From contig NC_087445.1 of NCBI RefSeq assembly GCF_036321535.1, positions 46,314,001 through 46,378,000 of the forward strand: 64,000 bases of DNA, in the 5' to 3' direction. The notes below the pieces were generated by a model. It had not been told where the DNA came from. It was given only the letters and a program-made list of their open reading frames with translations, and made no database searches. The DNA comes from Camelus dromedarius. Its lineage: Eukaryota. This document shows positions 28,957 through 41,420 of the stretch, one piece after another (within the stretch, counting starts at the first letter, position 1; the number at the start of each line of letters is the position of its first letter). Position numbers and translations under genes: made by a program.

Positions 28957-29149
28957 GGCCCTTGAAGAACTGAGTGGCTCTGAACCCAGGGCCTTGTGGG
29001 CTTCTCTGTGGAGCCGGCGACATAAATGGCTGTATGATGGGTCGGACCAGTTGAATTTCTCTGAAAGTCTCAGATTCTTCAGGTCTCTGTGACTTTCTCT
29101 CTGTGAATAACTTAAGCTGCTTTACTGAAGACTACAGGGTAGCATATTA

Positions 29150-29400
29150 TATTTAGTTGTCATGTCACAGATCCCCTTGGCTGTGTCAGTTTCTCAGACT
29201 TCCTTATTTTTGATGACGTTGACGGTTTTACAGAGTACTGGTAAGGGTATTTTGTATTATGTCTTTTGGTTGGAATTTGTCTGGTGTTTTTCTCATGATT
29301 ATACCAAGATTATGCATTTGGGGGAGGAAGACCCCAGAGATAAAGTGCCAGTTTCATTACATTATATCCATGTATGCATGTATATACATGGTATGTTTAC
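29150..29400 (-). mobile_element. Old L1 (L1M) 3' fragment
   Basis: ggctgtgtcagtttctcagacttccttatttttgatgac...tttgtctggtgtttttctcatgatta. Confidence 0.55.
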
Positions 29401-29518
29401 ATATACAATATTGGCATTATACTGTATTTTCTTATTACAAGCTTTTCTTTTTTAAGTCAATGGCTCCTAAACATTCTCTGAGTCTTTATTCTTCTGCAAG
29501 ATTTAAAAAATTTCAGCA

Positions 29519-29660
29519 GGGAGGGTGTAGCTCAAGTGTTAGAGTGTATGCTTAGCATGCACAAGGTCCTGGGTTCAATCCCCAGTACCTCCTCTAAAAA
29601 TAAATAAATAGACCTAATTTCCTCCCCCGCAACAGTAAATAAATAAATAAAATATTTATA
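29519..29660 (+). mobile_element. Camelid tRNA-derived SINE (vic-1-like)
   Basis: gggagggtgtagctcaagtg...ggttcaatccccagtacctc...; flanked by aaaaatttc on both sides. Confidence 0.88.
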
Positions 29661-30636
29661 AAAATTTCTTTATGAAATATTTTAAGCATTCAGAGAATAA
29701 TAAAGAATACTATAACAAACCCACATTCTTCTCACATAGCTTTATCAAATGTTAATATTTTACCACATATGCTTCAGATTATCTTTTAAGGAAATTAGTA
29801 TTTCAGGTAAAGTTGAACTTTAATCTACTCCTTCCTAATCCCAGCCCTGTTTCTCCCTTGTTCTTCATACTTCTCCAACACAGGAAAAAAGGACTGTCCT
29901 AAACTGGTATTTATTTTTCCTCAGCATTTTTAAGAATAAATTTATTGATTGATGTACATGTTTTTCTGTTGTGTTTATACATAGGAGTCGCATTGCTGAA
30001 TCATAGGGCATGTTTATGATCAGCTTTAGTAGATACTGCCAATATTTTTCCAAAGAGATTATAGCAATTCACATTCCCAACAATATGTCAGAGGTCTAGT
30101 TTTTCCACATCCGTGTCAACACCTGATGCTGTCTTTTTAATTTCAGCTATTCTAGTGTATATGTAATGATATCTCATTATGGCTTTCATTGGCATTTCCC
30201 TGATACCTAGTAAAGTTGGCCACCTTTTCATATGTCTACTGATTATCTTCTTTTGTGACTTGCCTGATCAAGTCCTTGGCCTATTTTTCCATTTGGTTGT
30301 CTTTTTTTCTGTTTATAGGAGCTCTTTGTATATTCTGGATATGATTCCTTTGTTAGAGGTATCTATTGCAAATATACTTTCTCATTCTGTACCTTGCTTT
30401 TTTATCCTCTTAGTGGTCTCTTTCAATGAACAGAAGTTCTTAACTTTGATCAGTCCAGTGTATCTTTTTGTTTATGGTTAATGCATTTTATGCCCTGCTT
30501 AAGAAGTCTTTGCCTACCCCAGGGTAATGAATATATTCTCTTATGTTATTGTCTAGAAGCTGTATTATTTTACCTTTTTTAGTCATCTGGAATAGATTTT
30601 GTGTGTGGTGAGAGGTAGATGTCAAGATTCATTTTT

Positions 30637-30767
30637 GGGGGGAGGGTATAGCTCAGTGGTAGCATGCATGCCTAGCATGCATAAGGTCCTGGGTTCAATC
30701 CCCAGTACCTCCATTAAAAATAAATAAATAAAAACCTAATTACTCCCCCCAAAAAAGAAGAAAAAAA
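30637..30767 (+). mobile_element. Camelid tRNA-derived SINE (vic-1-like)
   Basis: A and B boxes intact; TSD aagattcattttt / aagattcaattttt. Confidence 0.9.
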
Positions 30768-30944
30768 GATTCAATTTTTTCCCCTCATTATGGTTATCCA
30801 ATTGATCTAGCACCTTTTGTTGAAAAAAAACTGTCATAGTATAATTTCCAAAAAGCTAAAAGCAAGGTTCTTACAAGAATATAGAATGAACACATGTCAA
30901 ACATTTATCTAACTGATTAATAAGGGAATAAACAGATAAAGCAT

Positions 30945-31468
30945 GTGCATATATATACACACACACATACACACACATACGTAGAGAGAGAAAGAGAAAG
31001 AGAAAGAGATTTTAAGGAATTGGCTCACCAGATTACAGAGGCTGACAAGTCCCAAAATCGGTAGGTGGCAAGTTAGAGACTCAGGAAAGCTGATGGTGCA
31101 GTTCTAGGCCCAGTCCAAAGACCTGAGAACCAAGAGAGCTGAGAGTATAGCTCCAGTCTGAATGCCAGTAGGCTCAAGACCCAGGAAGAGCTGGTGTTTC
31201 AGTTTGAGCTCACTGAAAAGCAGGAAAGAAAACCAATGTCCCAGCTCAAAGAGAGTCAGTGAAATAGAAATTCTCTTATTCAGTCCTTTTGCTCTGTTCA
31301 GAGCTTCAACTGATTAGACGAGGCCCACCCACATTGGAAAAGCAGCCTGCTTTATTCAGTCTACCTTTTCAAATATTCATCCAGAAACATCCTTATGGAC
31401 ATACTCAAAATAAATTTTCAACCAAATATTCGGCCCAGTTAAGTTGACACATATAATTAACTGTCACA
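30945..31468. mobile_element. MLT2 (ERVL) LTR with an internal (TA)(CA)(GA) microsatellite
   Basis: ttttaaggaattggctcac...gacctgagaaccaag...gaggcccacccacattgg...ggcccagttaagttgacacatataattaactgtcaca. Confidence 0.75.
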
Positions 31469-33654
31469 GGCATTTATAGGCATTTGAAAAAATAATGCTA
31501 GAATAAGATTGTTAATAAGATATAAAAGTGGTTAATGTCTACAGGACAATAACACCATAATCTTTTCTATTAATCAGAAATCTTTTGCAGTATTACCAGA
31601 CAAAAATCTATAGGTTAATGTGTGACTTCAGAGTTTTAACCTTTGATCAGTAATAGATAATGAATAAAGCAAAAGTATGTTGCCCGGATAATTCATCTTT
31701 GACTGCCTCTGCTGTCTTTTCTTTGATGCATTTCCAAGTTTTAGATGATTTTTATAACAAAACCATCCTTTCCCCTACTTCTCTGAGTATCCCTTTTTAC
31801 ATAAAACAAGTATTCATAATATGTGGTCTGTTTCTGGACCCTCTGTTCTATGAATTTATTTGTCCATCCTTGCCCCATTATCTCACTGTCTTTATTGTAA
31901 TTTTGTAATAAGTCTTGATATCTAGTAGTGCATATTCTCCAACTTTAAGATTTTACGATTATATTGACTATTCTTGGCCCATTCCATTTCCATATAAATT
32001 TTAGGATCAGCTTGCTAATTTTCATACACACACAAAACACACACACTCCTACCTTCTAGGATTTTCATTAGGATTGCATTATATCTGCAGACAGAACATT
32101 TAGATTGTTTGTAGTTTTTTGCTATTACAAATAATGTTAATATTCTTTTATTCAATGAAAGTGTTGTAGAACTTTGTAAGAATCTTTTCACTTTAGGTCC
32201 AAGGAAAAATAATAGTTTGGTGACTCTAAGTACCCTGATCATTTTAAACAAAACACTGAAGGAGATTTTATTTTGCCAAGTAGGGTTTCTGGGTCAAGTG
32301 GTAGGCGAAAAGTTTTAAGGCATTCCAATGGTTTTAACTTTTTACATACTGAGTTGGAGGAGGTGGAGTGACATTTAGTAAGAGAAATTAGCAGGTCATT
32401 AGACATATGGGTCTGAAGCTGAGGAGAGCAGTCTAAACTAAAGATAAGATGTGGAACATATTGACATATATAGATAGCAGATTATCTGTAGGCAAGGTTT
32501 AGGGTTTGTGAAGGAAGAAAAACAAAGGCTGTGCATAGAGATTTGGGGCTCTACTTCATATCCATATTAAATAATTTGAGGAAGAAAATAAGCCTGAGGA
32601 ATAGTAGATTAAAGAGGAAGGGGGCCCTAGATCTCATGTATATGTGTTTGGGGTGGGGACAGGTCTCGGTTTGTGCCAGAGAGCTCCTCCTGGTGCCACG
32701 ACCACTGGGCAGGGGCTATGTCAGTCTGAGTTCCTTCTCCCTACTACCTGCCCCTTGCAGGTTACCCCCGTCTTCCCTGACTTACTCCACTAACCCACCC
32801 ACTGCTACTAAATCTGTGTGTTTTGGCTTTTGGAATCGATGGTTGGATTTGACTGTCTCCAGATACCTGAGTTTGCCCATCTATCCAGGTTCCTAAAGAT
32901 GGGACTTGAATTTGGACTTTCTTTTAGGATTTCTCCTGCTATACCCTCTGTTCCTGTCAGCATTCTGCACTGTGGATTAGCCTTCAGCTCCTGACAGTCA
33001 TTCCCTGTCCTTTTGTTCATATTGCTAGGCCCTAGTTTTGTCAAAGTCCTGGGAGCCTTTGACTCAAAGGACAGATGTTTTGCATAGTCCATTTGAAGCT
33101 TGTTCCTTTAGAGGAGGAGAGATTATGTAAATTTTTGTCTATGCACAGGGCCTATTCAGATAGCTTTCCTGATTTTATAGATATAATCTCAGCGATAAAA
33201 CAAACTTTCTCTGTTTTAACTGAAACTGAAGTTCAGTTTCAATTGAAAGGGTAGTTGAGGTCACCTCTTCTTTTGAGATTAAATAAAAATGCATCAAGCC
33301 CTTTATCCCATAATCAGTGGGAAGTCTAGTGCCATCCTGGAGCCTTCTGTGAATTCTAGGACTGGGGAGGACTTTGATTTCCCATGACCATTCTTGACCT
33401 ATAATCCGTGGCTTGCTGAATATGCAATTTGCTGCTGTTTCACCTCCCTGAGCTGATCTTTCTTTTGTCTTTTTCTAACCTAGACATAGAATTCTTTATT
33501 TTCCCCCCAGAACCTCTCATGGAAGGCATTTGTGAATGGCAGTCTTTACTGAAGCTTGGGGAATGATATAAGGGGTAGAAATATATCTACACAAACAACT
33601 GAAAATTGAATATTTGAACATCTCAGTTCCTTAAGTATTCTTAAAAGTCTTTTG

Positions 33655-33784
33655 TTTGAGATTAGCAGATACAAGCTACTATATACAGAACAGATAAACA
33701 GCAAGGTCCTACTGTATAGCACAGGAAACTATATTTAATAACTCGTAATAATCTCTAATGAAAAATAATCTGAAAAAAAAATAT

Positions 33785-33787
<3 letters not shown>
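33655..33787 (+). mobile_element. L1 3' terminus, part 1 (split by an LTR)
   Basis: tacaagctactatatacagaacagataaacagcaaggtcctactgtatagcacaggaaactatatt; the same family occurs uninterrupted at 48481-48640. Confidence 0.8.

Positions 33788-33836
<49 letters not shown>
33787..33836. repeat. (AC)25 microsatellite
   Basis: Perfect dinucleotide run. Confidence 0.97.
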
Positions 33837-33838
<2 letters not shown>

Positions 33839-33840
33839 TA

Positions 33841-34339
33841 CTGATCCTGGCTGATTAACAAGGGAAAGGAAGTGCCTAGTTCATGAAAAGGCAGGACATT
33901 TCTCTTATCCCACAGCTGGCTCGTTAAAATCTAAGGACATACCCCAGTATCTCTTCCTTTGTTCCTGCCAAAGTTTCTGCTAATTGCTTTTTGTTTCAGG
34001 GCTGAGCTCTGAAGGAGGAAGGAGGAAGGAGCCCATAGCAGAAAATAATTAACACCACCACCAGAATAAAGAGAAAGATGGCAGAGCCTTCTAACAAAAG
34101 ACCCCGAGGCCCATCCCGGGCCTAAGCTGTCTCTACTGGCCATCTTGGCTGACAGTTCGCTGCTCCAGCACTTCCTTTCCTTCCCTCTGCTTGAGCACTT
34201 TCCTTCCATTCCCCCTTCTGAGTAATAATTCTGCTATTCAATTCCTCCCTCTGCCTCTGCTGCGTGAATTCTTTCACAGCTGTCGACAAAGACCCACTTT
34301 GGTGGGCTTCCTTATTTAGGGGCCCCTCTACCACTAACA
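33841..34339 (+). mobile_element. Probable solo ERV LTR nested in the L1 3' end
   Basis: About 500 bp bounded by TG...CA with an internal AATAAA; splits an otherwise contiguous L1 3' terminus. Confidence 0.55.
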
Positions 34340-34420
34340 TATGTATAACTAAATCACCATGCTGTGCACCAGAAACTAACACAACATTGTAAATCAACTA
34401 TACTTCAGTTAAAAAAAAAA
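34339..34420 (+). mobile_element. L1 3' terminus, part 2 with poly(A)
   Basis: gtataactaaatcaccatgctgtgcaccagaaactaacacaacattgtaaatcaactatacttcagttaaaaaaaaaa. Confidence 0.85.
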
Positions 34421-34891
34421 GTCCTTCAACCATCTCGTGATTTTTTTTTGACCCTCTCTCACGATTCCCACTCACCTCTCTCTATTCACAATGCTTTATT
34501 AAGCCAAGCAATTTCTCCACACCCATCTCCTCTAGAGGTTTATATTTGCATATGAAAAAGCTCATTGTTATAGAAGACAAAGCCCTTAAAGAAAACCTCT
34601 TTCTGTGTCCTTTGGTCCTTTGACCCTAATCCTGAAAGCATGTGTTCTTTTTTGGTAAGGAAAATAAATCAGCAGATCTTTGAAGCATCATTCACTGTTT
34701 AAAAACAAGTTACTTTTAAGATCTTAGTGCCTGCTTTCCCAGAAGATAGGCCACATATTGCAATAATGAAAAAGAACGTTTAATACTTACAAATTGTTAA
34801 AAGTCCTTTGTTTTGAAATAATGCTGATTTGCTTTTTGTCTTTCTATTAAGGAATAGTTTCTCAAATGAAGTGTGAGAATTTAAATGTATG

Positions 34892-36295
34892 TCAGTAAGG
34901 ATGTTTCAGAGTCCAAACTCTTTCTGCTCGCCGCACAACAGGCCAATAAATTGGGAGATGAGGTGTTGGGGCAAGGAATCACGACTTTATTTGGAAAGCC
35001 GGCAGACAGAGAGGACGGCAGACTAATGTCTTGGAGAACCATCCTACTCTAGGCAGAATATAGGCTCCTTTTATACAAAAATACAAGGGTGGTGGGGTGT
35101 GTGGTTGATTGTTGCAATCCTGCTGCAGGCATTCTTTGTTCTTGCAGCCATCCCAGTGGGCCAGGTAATGGTGTCCCTGTAAACCTCCAACAAAACAAAG
35201 GTTATTCTCTACTACAAGGAGACCTCAATTTTACCTCAGGAGAGATTGTCAAACATCTGACATCTGCCCTGCTGTGCCATCCCCCTGATTTGGCATTCCT
35301 GGCCTTTAGCCTGCAAGGCCCAGGCTGCAAGCATACTCTTTTGGAGGTCATTTGCCTCCAAACCCCAGCAAACATCAATTTAGGATCCAAAATTATTTGG
35401 ACAATCAAAGTATCTTTTAGTGTTCCCTGGTACTCCCAGTGCAAAGAAATGTTTGATTGTAATAGCTGAAGAAAAGTGTCCAAAGGAAATAAATTTGCAG
35501 AAGACTATTCACCTTTTGGTGAGAACATTTGCTTGCAGAGTTGAGGACATTGGGAGTTTAAGGATAAATGAAAATCACCTTCTTCATTATAAAGCGCAAA
35601 GGGACCGTTTACACTCTCCCCCTTTCTTAGAATGTTTTCCTGGAGACAGGGTAAATCTGAGGCCTTCCACTAACCTTGGTAATAAAGAGAAATCTCTCTA
35701 GGGATTAAGTCTAGGCTCCAGTTTTTACAACATAGAGATATCTCCTAGGTTGTGGACCAAATTGTTGCAGGAGAGGAAAATATCATGTCCTGGGACATGC
35801 AGGAATCCTTAGGACAGACCACTAAGTGAGGGTTCTTGGCTCTGTGCAGGAAAGAAGTGAAGAGCCAGCCACAGTAAAGGGGAAGGCAAGTTTATTTAGA
35901 GATACACATTCCATAGGCCGAATATGGATAGTCTCAGAAAGTGAGAGCAGCCCCAGGGCAGAAGGTGTTGAAGGTTTTTAAGGGTTAAGTAATTGCAGAG
36001 GCTAATGAGTGGAAGGAATATTCTTGCTATTTGGGGGAAGAGTGGTGATCTCTCAGGAAGTGGGCCATTGCCCACTTTTTGGCCTTTCACAGTCCACCTC
36101 GGAACTGTCATGGTGTAAGGGGGAGTGATTTTTAGTTTTACAATAAAGATATAAGGAGCTAAAAATCAATGAGTGGACCAATCTCTAAGCCACCTTGGTT
36201 TCAGGGGTTCCAGCTGGTCTTTATCACATCCTAACGGTTTCACCCTTCATTAATCTAGCATTTGTTTTGTGTCCTGCTTCTTTCCCTCCAGCCTC
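34892..36295 (-). mobile_element. Cluster of ERV1-class LTR and internal fragments
   Basis: ctgctcgccgcacaacaggccaataa...gactttatttggaaagccggc (34.9-35.3 kb) and gggttcttggctctgtgcaggaaagaa...aagtttatttaga (35.76-36.29 kb) are typical antisense LTR text. Confidence 0.65.
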
Positions 36296-36559
36296 AAAAT
36301 GACCTCTAGATATTTAAACCGGGGTCTCATGGAAATGCATTGGAGATTATTAAAAGGTGCAGCCCTTTGCCTCTTGAGGAGATAACTGTTCTTCCTTCTG
36401 CTTTGCTGTATAAATTATGTGAAATATTGTCCTAATTTTGCAGTCATTTTTACATGCATGTAGGGCTTAGTAAATAATAAAGTATATTCTCTTATCCTTC
36501 TATATTGGCAGGGAGGGATCTTTTGGCCAGCAGGATTGTTTTATTTCCCCCAAGAAGAG

Positions 36560-37545
36560 CAACACAATAGCCAATTTAAAAACAAAGAAAATTATTTCAA
36601 GTTGTTTTCCTGGGCTCTTGATGAGTCCATGTTACCAATACTGTTCATGTTGCTGTTTATTTAATAAATCAATGATCAATTTGAAGTGACTGAAGAATCA
36701 TCCTCTATGAAAAGTCTGTATGAAACAATTACAGGTAAAAATGTTTTCAAGGAAGTTGAGAAAACACTAATTTAAAAACAACCCAAGGTGGAATCTGCTA
36801 AGATGTGTTAAAACTGATGGTGGTAAAAAGTATGTAGAGCAGAAAAAAAGGTTTAGTTCAATAGATTTACAAGCCTCGTGAAAATGTAATGTGTTTAAAG
36901 TGTATGGCTTTTTACTGCATAAGGTACTTTGCAGAAAATATGTGAATTTATCGTGTGTTATTAAACTAGTAATGTCAGACATTGACTTCATTTGCGCTCA
37001 CAAAATTAAATTGTCATCAATTCCTTGTTTTTTTTTTTTTGTTGTTGGAAATAAAAGCTGAAAATCTTGATGGCTTAGCAGTGCTAAAATTTATTATGAT
37101 CTTTTGAGCAAATATCAAGAGGAGAATGTAATAGAATTTTATAACTGTTTTCCAAGCAATGAATATGTTCAATTGAATCACATGCTCATGGACTGATATA
37201 ACTATATAGCAACACCTATCAGTGTTAAAAGACAGGTGAGATACATATAATCTCATTACAGACTAACATTAACAAATTAACATTTGTAGTTGATTTTGAT
37301 GATACTTTGAACCCCAAGGAAGCAAAACATATAGTCCTCAAAAGAAGTTCATTCTTCTCATCAGTCACCCTATATTACCAAAAATTATTATTATTTTGTT
37401 TTGAATGTTATCTATTTAAAAACTGTGGAAAAATTTCTCCCTTGTTATGTAAGTGCCCATTTAATAGCTTTAATTTTACTTTCTTTGGCTCACAAAGCCT
37501 AAATATTTACTCTATGGTCCTTTACAGAAAACATTTGCTGGGTTA
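36560..37545 (+). mobile_element. Fossil hAT (Charlie/Cheshire-like) transposase fragment with a MER58-like terminus
   Basis: Decayed translation gives ALDES (36614-36628), EVTEESSSMKSLYETITGKNVFKEVEKTL (from 36683) and IDFIcah..HQF. The terminus cacaaagcctaaatatttactctatggtcctttacagaaaacatttgctg resembles the MER58 end. Confidence 0.65.
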
Positions 37546-37989
37546 TGCTCTAAACAGTGCCCAGTACTAAAACAAAAAGTATACCCCAGTAATTTCTTTT
37601 GCTTATTTCCAAGTCTTGGGTAATTTTTTCCAATAGGTAGAAATGTTTATCTTTCCTCTCATGAAGGTTATGTTCTTTACAGGGAAATAGGCAATAAATA
37701 AAAATGGATAATAGATAATTAAGGGAGTGCTATGATGAAAATAAGGTGATGTGATAAAGATGATACTGTGAAGGAAAAGCCGGGCTGGGCTAACAAGATA
37801 ACTCACAAATCTAATATCGGAATACTGATCTGAGTTCTGCTGGACTAACTCGTAAATCTAAGTTAATTAGTGTTGGTTTGCTGTTCATGTTTTTTTGCTA
37901 GCCAGCTGGATTTTCAAAGATACATATCTGGCTTTGGAATGTTGGTTTGCTGCCTCCCTGCCTCCACTTTTGTGATAATGATGCTGCTA

Positions 37990-38180
37990 AAGCTGTTTCA
38001 TGCCTATTGGCCTAATACCCCAAGCTTGTACTTAACCCTATAAAACCTCATGTGCACGTCTTGGAGGTGCTCAGAGCTTTGGAGCAGAAGCCCCTCTGAG
38101 CCTGCCGGCCTAATACATCTGAGTACTCCAACCCTCCGAGTGGTGCTTGTTTCTTGGCTGGCCTGTCATTTCCGTAACAA
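37990..38180 (+). mobile_element. 3' part of an ERV1 LTR
   Basis: ccctataaaac...gctttggagcagaagcccctctgagcctgccggc...tttccgtaaca (ends in CA). Confidence 0.65.
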
Positions 38181-38354
38181 TACAGTAGAGTGATGGGAAT
38201 GCATTTAGATTGGGTAGCCAGGAAAGGCATTACTGAAGAGGTACCTGTGGGTTAAGGACAAGAATGGGTCAGATGGGCAGAGATTGCAGGGCAGACTGTA
38301 CTAGCACTGGGAATAGTAAGTGCAGAAATCTTAAGGTAGAAATGGATTTGGTGC

Positions 38355-38628
38355 TTTTTTTTAGCTGCTGATTGTTCACTACACAAGAAACTGGAAATAC
38401 TGAGGCAAGGGGGTGGTCATTACAAAACAATCTGGTGACCATCTCAAAGCTACCAAAAGGCAACCCGTACAGACACCTCAGTCACATACACGTATACACA
38501 CACACGCGCGCGCATGAACACACCCTGCACACTCATGAGCCTGAGGCTTCCAAATCCCGCACAGCAGCTTGCACCCCAACCCCCAGCGGTGAGATGCTGC
38601 AGGAAAGCACAGCAAAGGATTTGAGGGC
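38355..38628 (-). other. Orphan retroposed (TPRT-type) insertion of unique sequence within an L2 remnant
   Basis: Flanked by atggatttggtgcttttt / atgaatctggtgcttttt; short A-tail on the minus strand; TTTTT/AA target site. Confidence 0.6.
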
Positions 38629-40598
38629 ATGAATCTGGTGCTTTTTAAGGGAAATAAAGAAGGCCAGCGTGGCTAGACCAAGTTAAGAAGTGAGCTATTG
38701 GAAGAGAGCTGGCAGCAGCCAGGCCAGGTCTCATGTCTGCCTCCTGCATCTATCATGAGGTTTTGCCCCAGGTTCTAAGGATGAGTCATCTTATTTGCAG
38801 AGGGCTTTACCATTCACGTGTTCATATTTGCTGCCTTTTTAAATTCTCAGTGGCCCTGTGATGGAGGCCATGGAACTGAAACTCAGAAGCTTACTTTGCA
38901 GTCGGTCCTATTCTAGTTACTTCTACTCTGTATATCTTATTTCCCTGCCTGAGGATGCACTAGACAATCTCTGAAGTCCAGCCCAGCTCTGACATCTGGT
39001 ACACTGTAGGAAGTATGTAATAATAGAACTGGGAAGACTGGCTCAGTGCTTTTCCTGCTATTTCATTCTGTTCCTTTGTCACGACGTCCTAGGGGAGAGT
39101 GGATAGTTAAGATTTGAAAAGTTGGCTAAAATTAAGTTTTCAGAATCATTTGTGGATTCCAATTATCCAAGCAATCTCATTCTTCCTAGACTTAAACTCA
39201 TGAAGAGAGGTATGTATTTTTGTCTATTCTTGAAAGTAAAAGTGAGTTTGTGTGTATTTGCTAAGTTAAAATAACCCCAACTTTTTAAGTATTTAAGCAG
39301 CTCTAAAACCTCTAAGTACATATGCACAAACAATTGTCTTCTTTATCCTAACCATGATTATAGCACTTTTCACAGTCTGTTTATCCCCAGACTGTGCATT
39401 CTTTGAAGGAATGTCTTGTTCCTTTTTGTATTTGTAGCACTATGTGTAGTACCTCATAGATAGTCAATAAATTTTTCTTAAATGTATGAACCCCTGCATC
39501 TCTTGTATGGCCACCTCTTCTGATATTTGTCTCTTTGTATAAGATTACAGTGTTACTCATAAATAGGTATTCAGTAATTACTTAATAGGAATGAATAAAT
39601 GATTTATTGAAATTCTTTGAATTGTTCAGCATTGATTTTCAGATTTCACTAGTAAGATAATCTTTGTACAAGTATTTTTTTGCACAGGGTTTTCCTTCTC
39701 TATTTGAATTATTTTTGTGAAATATAATTCCCACAAGTGGAATTTTGTTCATTTGACAATAGTTACTGTGTTCCAGACATGCCAGGGAAAGCATGGATTT
39801 TAAGCATGGGAGTAACATTTCTAGTCTAGTTTTGCTGCTTTGGGATTTATAAGTTTTCTCTAATTTTGCTAATTTCATAGGTTGAAAATTATTTCTTGAC
39901 TGTTTTAATTTGCATTTTCTTTTGGATTTGTGATAAGTTAATAAATCTCCTAAATGTCAGACATTTTAAAGAAGTGTCTACAATTTATTACCTTTACTTC
40001 TTTTATTCTTTATCAGTTTTCAGTATGGATTCAGGTTCTGCCTTTGAAAACCTTCAAAGGTCACCAGTTGTGATTCTTCTTGCAAACAGTAGAATCCACT
40101 CAAGCTAGTTTAAGCAGAAAAAAAAAATTGGGTCATTGGGAAATTAATATAATCTCTGGAAAGCTTGGAGGCTAAGCAGTCAAGAATGAGAAGTACCCAA
40201 ATTATACCACAGAACTAAACTGGCAAAGACCCCAATTGCCATTGCTCTGGGCATAGACTTCACAACAAATGTCACAGAGGTCCATGACTTAGACCAGATC
40301 ACCTGTCACTACTGACTCTGAAAGCTGGAGGCCCAAACACTGCCTTCTTCGGAGAATATAATCCACAGGGCACCTGCCTCTTCATGATGGCTTCTTCTGT
40401 TTTGAAGCCTGAGAGAAGGTGGGTAAGGAAGCCATTGTGAAACTAGGAAGATGAATGTCTAGGTTCTAGAAAAGTGTGAAATATAATGTGTTTTTAAAAT
40501 GTTGGGAAGCTCCCCAAATGACAATTGTCTACCATAGCAGTGATCTCAAATTGCCAAATTCAAAGGCCCTTTCTCAGTCCTCAAGATCTCTGCAGCAT

Positions 40599-41388
40599 AA
40601 CAAGAAGACAAACCTAATTAAAAATGGGCAAACTACTTGAATAGGATGAATTTCACCAAAGAAGATACATGAATTCCTAAGAAGAACATGAAAAGGTGCT
40701 CAACATTATTTGCCTTTAGAGAGATGCAAATTAAAATCATGAGATATCACTACATAAATACACATCTAAAATGGCTACAACAAACAAGTGTTAGTACAGA
40801 TATGGAAAAATTGAAATCTTTATACATTGCTGGTGGGAATGAAATATGGGGTAGCTACTTTGAAAAACAATTTGATAGTTTCTTATATCCACACACAGAC
40901 CTATATGTGATTATTCATGGTAGCACTGGTCTCAATAGTCCCAAACTGCAAACAACTCAAATGTCCATCAAATAGTGAATAGACAAACAAAATCCTATCC
41001 ATGCAATGGTACACTATTCATCACTAAAAAGTAATGAAGTATTGATAAATGTTGCAATATGGATAAATCTCAAAAACATTATATTAAGTGAATGAAACCA
41101 GACAGAAAAGACATGGTGTCTTTTTGTCATTGCATAGTTCCATTTACATGAAAGGTACAGAAAAGCAAGTTTATAGAGATAAAGAATAGATTAGTACTTG
41201 CCTGGGGTTAGAGATGGGAACAGAGAGTGACTGCAAATGTATACAAGGAGACTTTTGGGGGAACAATGGAAATGTTCTAAAATTAGATTGTGGTAATGGT
41301 TGCACAACTTTGAAAATTTACTAAAAATCATTGAATTGTACACTTGAAACGGGTGATTTTATGATATATAAATAAAGCTGTTAAAAAG
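40599..41388 (+). mobile_element. 5'-truncated L1 (end of ORF2 plus L1MB/MC-type 3'UTR) with a perfect 15-bp TSD
   Basis: ORF2-like MKRCST...REMQIK..MRYH; TSD AGATCTCTGCAGCAT at 40584-40598 and 41389-41403. Confidence 0.88.
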
Positions 41389-41420
41389 AGATCTCTGCAG
41401 CATTCAATAATACTTACTAA

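Larger units (their letters stand above)
29680..32210 (-). mobile_element. Antisense L1 (L1MB/MC-like) fragments interrupted by a SINE and an MLT2 LTR
   Basis: gaattgctgaatcatagg..., tatattctggatatg..., ttccatataaattttaggatcagcttg are typical antisense L1 ORF2/3'UTR text. Confidence 0.7.

Noticed and set aside
35089-35701. ORFs of 93-126 aa in the LTR cluster
   Set aside because: No recognisable gag, pol or env motifs; they are chance frames in decayed ERV sequence.
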